DNA of 64,000 bases from assembly GCA_050250935.1 (NCBI GenBank), contig JBFWNS010000001.1:387515-451514 (forward strand), read 5' to 3'. Both the position numbers and the translations under genes were made by a program. The notes beneath the pieces were generated by a model that did no database searches, was not told the DNA's origin, and saw only the letters and a list, made by a program, of their open reading frames with translations. This stretch comes from Candidatus Margulisiibacteriota bacterium. Lineage in GTDB: Bacteria > Margulisbacteria > Marinamargulisbacteria > JBFWNS01. Positions 61,950 through 64,000 of the stretch are shown piece by piece; the stretch's first letter is position 1; each line of letters opens with the position of its first letter.

Positions 61950-63888
61950 GTTTCAAAATCCGGATTCCTGCAACGGCAACCAGTCCCAACATTAATCCCA
62001 GCAGGACCCCAACGGCAGAGCGATATACCGTCACCAAAAAGGGGGTGTGGGCATGGCAAAACGAATTCATCATCGACACCAGGGCAATGGCACCCAGGGT
62101 ATAGACCAACCAGGCCAAGGCCTTGGGAATTTCTCGGCCCAACATCAAAAAACCGGCCACAAAAATCGGGTATCCCACCAAAAATTCTTTGGTTCGGGGG
62201 CGAATGCCAAACACCCGTTCAAGAGTTGATCTTAAAAATAATTCGGAGGCAGGAAGGTCGGATCCAGGGTGATTGCCGCTGCGCATCAGAAAGACGCCAA
62301 CCACTGCCGCAGCGCCACCCAGAATGACCATGCCCAAGAGCGGCATGGGTTTTTTGGCCCAATTGGCCAGTAAAATCGTCCCAGAGCGCCATTGGGCCTT
62401 CGAGAAATACATGACAGTGGCACTACCCAAAAGACCGGCCACAATGGCTATTTTTACCCCTCCAAACACCGCTATGTTTTGCAACAAGGCCGGAGAGGTC
62501 AATAAAGCAGCCACACAGCACCCGCCAACTAAAATTCCGACTGTCGCTTTTCCCAACAATTGAACACAGGGCCATATCCCACGGTTTGGGCTTTCAACAA
62601 AGGCGTCTCGAAGCCACAAAGCCACCCCAATGGGAACCATGACGGTGTAGCCCAGGGCAAGCAGTTTGGCCAAGTCCGACCACCTATCTAGGGGGGCAAT
62701 CAAAGCAACCAGAACACCCAACCCCACTGTTTTTGCAAAAACCAACCGCAGGGTTAGGGGGGCAAAGGCGCTGTAGATCCAAAGCGACACCCCGATCAAC
62801 CCCAAGCCCAAAAGAACAATTTCAAGCGGGGTAATGGGGGTAAAGGACGCCCAAGGCCACACCACAGGGCCAATAGAGACCTTGGCTTTGGACAATTCTT
62901 GTTCCAAACTTGCCAGTGATTCATGGTTCAACTGCCACAAATCACCTTTGAATTTGGGATCGTTAACGGTGGTCAAAAACGGATGCAAAAACAAAATGGG
63001 CACCTTGCGTTCTTTATTGGCCCGGACATAGCGATCGATGGTTTTTTGGGGACTTAGGGTTAACAGTTCGGCTTCGGGAACGCTATGAACCCTGTACACA
63101 TGGGTGGGCATACTGGCCGCCAACTGGGGCGCACCCACTTGTTCGACAAATTCCAAATAGCCCATGGCAAAATTTCGGGCGATTAGGGCTTTTTTAATGT
63201 CGGCCAAATAGGCGGAATAGCCCACAATTTGGGTGCCTTCAAAAATAACGGTTGAAGGGGTTGGAATCGAGTCTAGGGTACTTAGTTTATACGAAATATC
63301 GGCTGAACTGATGCGGGACACTTGCTTGAGTCTTGGCAAAATTCGAAACCCTTTTTCCCGAAGAAACTGAACATCGGCGGCTTCGATGCCCAAACCCATC
63401 AGTTCTATTTCGTCTTTGTCGGCGGCCACTTCGATCCAAGGGCTTCCGGCCAAAGGCTGGGCCAAAGCATTGCCCAATTCGGCTTTCAACCCGGCCAACA
63501 CTTGGGATCTGCGCCCTTCGTCGGGCACAAAAACATAATAGCGATCGGCGCGAACTTCCTTGGGGATGATTCCACCAAGGGTTTGGCGTTTTAACAGATC
63601 GCCACCACTCCACAGAAAGGCTTTGCCTTCAACTTCGAGTTGTTCGAGGGTATCTTCTTCCAGAACGATGGCCGTGATTTGGGTTTGTTTTAGCCAGTCC
63701 AAAACAGCGGTTGTGTCTTGCCCCGTGGCTTGGGCCAAACGCTTGAGTTCACGGTACGAATAGACCAATTCCACCTTTTCGAGTTTTTGCTCGAAAACCA
63801 CCCGCCGCACCAACACCGACCCAGCAGCCAGCAGCGCGAGAATGATGAAGACATAAAGACATTTTTTTAAAAAGGGGAATTCAAACAT
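61921..63888 (-). CDS. DUF5693-like membrane protein
   Basis: Periplasmic N-domain, RYVRANKER, multi-TM C-terminus, RPRTKEFLVGYP, NSFCHAHTP. Confidence 0.75.
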   Translation of the reverse strand: MFEFPFLKKCLYVFIILALLAAGSVLVRRVVFEQKLEKVELVYSYRELKRLAQATGQDTTAVLDWLKQTQITAIVLEEDTLEQLEVEGKAFLWSGGDLLKRQTLGGIIPKEVRADRYYVFVPDEGRRSQVLAGLKAELGNALAQPLAGSPWIEVAADKDEIELMGLGIEAADVQFLREKGFRILPRLKQVSRISSADISYKLSTLDSIPTPSTVIFEGTQIVGYSAYLADIKKALIARNFAMGYLEFVEQVGAPQLAASMPTHVYRVHSVPEAELLTLSPQKTIDRYVRANKERKVPILFLHPFLTTVNDPKFKGDLWQLNHESLASLEQELSKAKVSIGPVVWPWASFTPITPLEIVLLGLGLIGVSLWIYSAFAPLTLRLVFAKTVGLGVLVALIAPLDRWSDLAKLLALGYTVMVPIGVALWLRDAFVESPNRGIWPCVQLLGKATVGILVGGCCVAALLTSPALLQNIAVFGGVKIAIVAGLLGSATVMYFSKAQWRSGTILLANWAKKPMPLLGMVILGGAAAVVGVFLMRSGNHPGSDLPASELFLRSTLERVFGIRPRTKEFLVGYPIFVAGFLMLGREIPKALAWLVYTLGAIALVSMMNSFCHAHTPFLVTVYRSAVGVLLGLMLGLVAVAGIRILKHGYSFFSRR

Positions 63889-63916
63889 CGGTGGTCCATT
63901 TAAGCATGATTAAATC

Positions 63917-64000
63917 TTAATCTGAAGGGGCGAGCTTTAGGCGTAAATTTGCTGCAATAAACCCATCCAAATCCCCGTCCATGACGGTTTGGATGTCGGT
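63917..64000 (-). CDS. prfB: Peptide chain release factor 2, 3' end (truncated by window edge)
   Basis: Translates TDIQTVMDGDLDGFIAANL..., matching the RF2 C-terminal V.DGDLD.FI motif. Confidence 0.75.
   Translation of the reverse strand, partial: TDIQTVMDGDLDGFIAANLRLKLAPSD

Overview
Gene-dense 64 kb stretch of a diderm bacterial chromosome, mostly housekeeping genes. These cover envelope (murE-murF-mraY, bamA-skp-lpxD, fabZ/lpxA-lpxB, lgt), translation (thrS-infC-rpmI-rplT, mnmG-rsmG, rlmN, rnc, prfB 3' end, tRNA-Gly, tRNA-Arg), tig-clpP-clpX, gyrB-gyrA, ruvC-ruvA, leuCD, purC, pyrG, pgi, nadA, bioB/bioD, ahpC-sodA and a TetR-TolC-RND efflux operon. A BamA with three POTRA-like repeats, a ThrRS lacking the TGS domain and a DUF5693-like protein suggest a deep-branching, possibly Cyanobacteria-adjacent lineage such as Margulisbacteria (inference, not verified). 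I saw no transposase, integrase, prophage or CRISPR array. Most unusual elements: (1) a 3 x 72 bp double-hairpin tandem repeat whose last bases are the ruvC start codon; (2) a stand-alone fliH-fliI-fliJ type III export ATPase module, plus two isolated ORFans with Ser/Thr/Pro-rich N-termini, one with an ADP-ribosyltransferase-like motif set and a sigma28-like promoter, which are candidate secreted effectors; (3) a predicted outer-membrane beta-barrel fused to SppA; (4) a FabZ-LpxA fusion; (5) a tandem double-hotdog FabA/Z-like protein; (6) a ThiS-like carrier coupled to a radical SAM enzyme; (7) an RND-TolC operon with no periplasmic adaptor gene. All family assignments come from motifs recognised by eye; no database searches were run.
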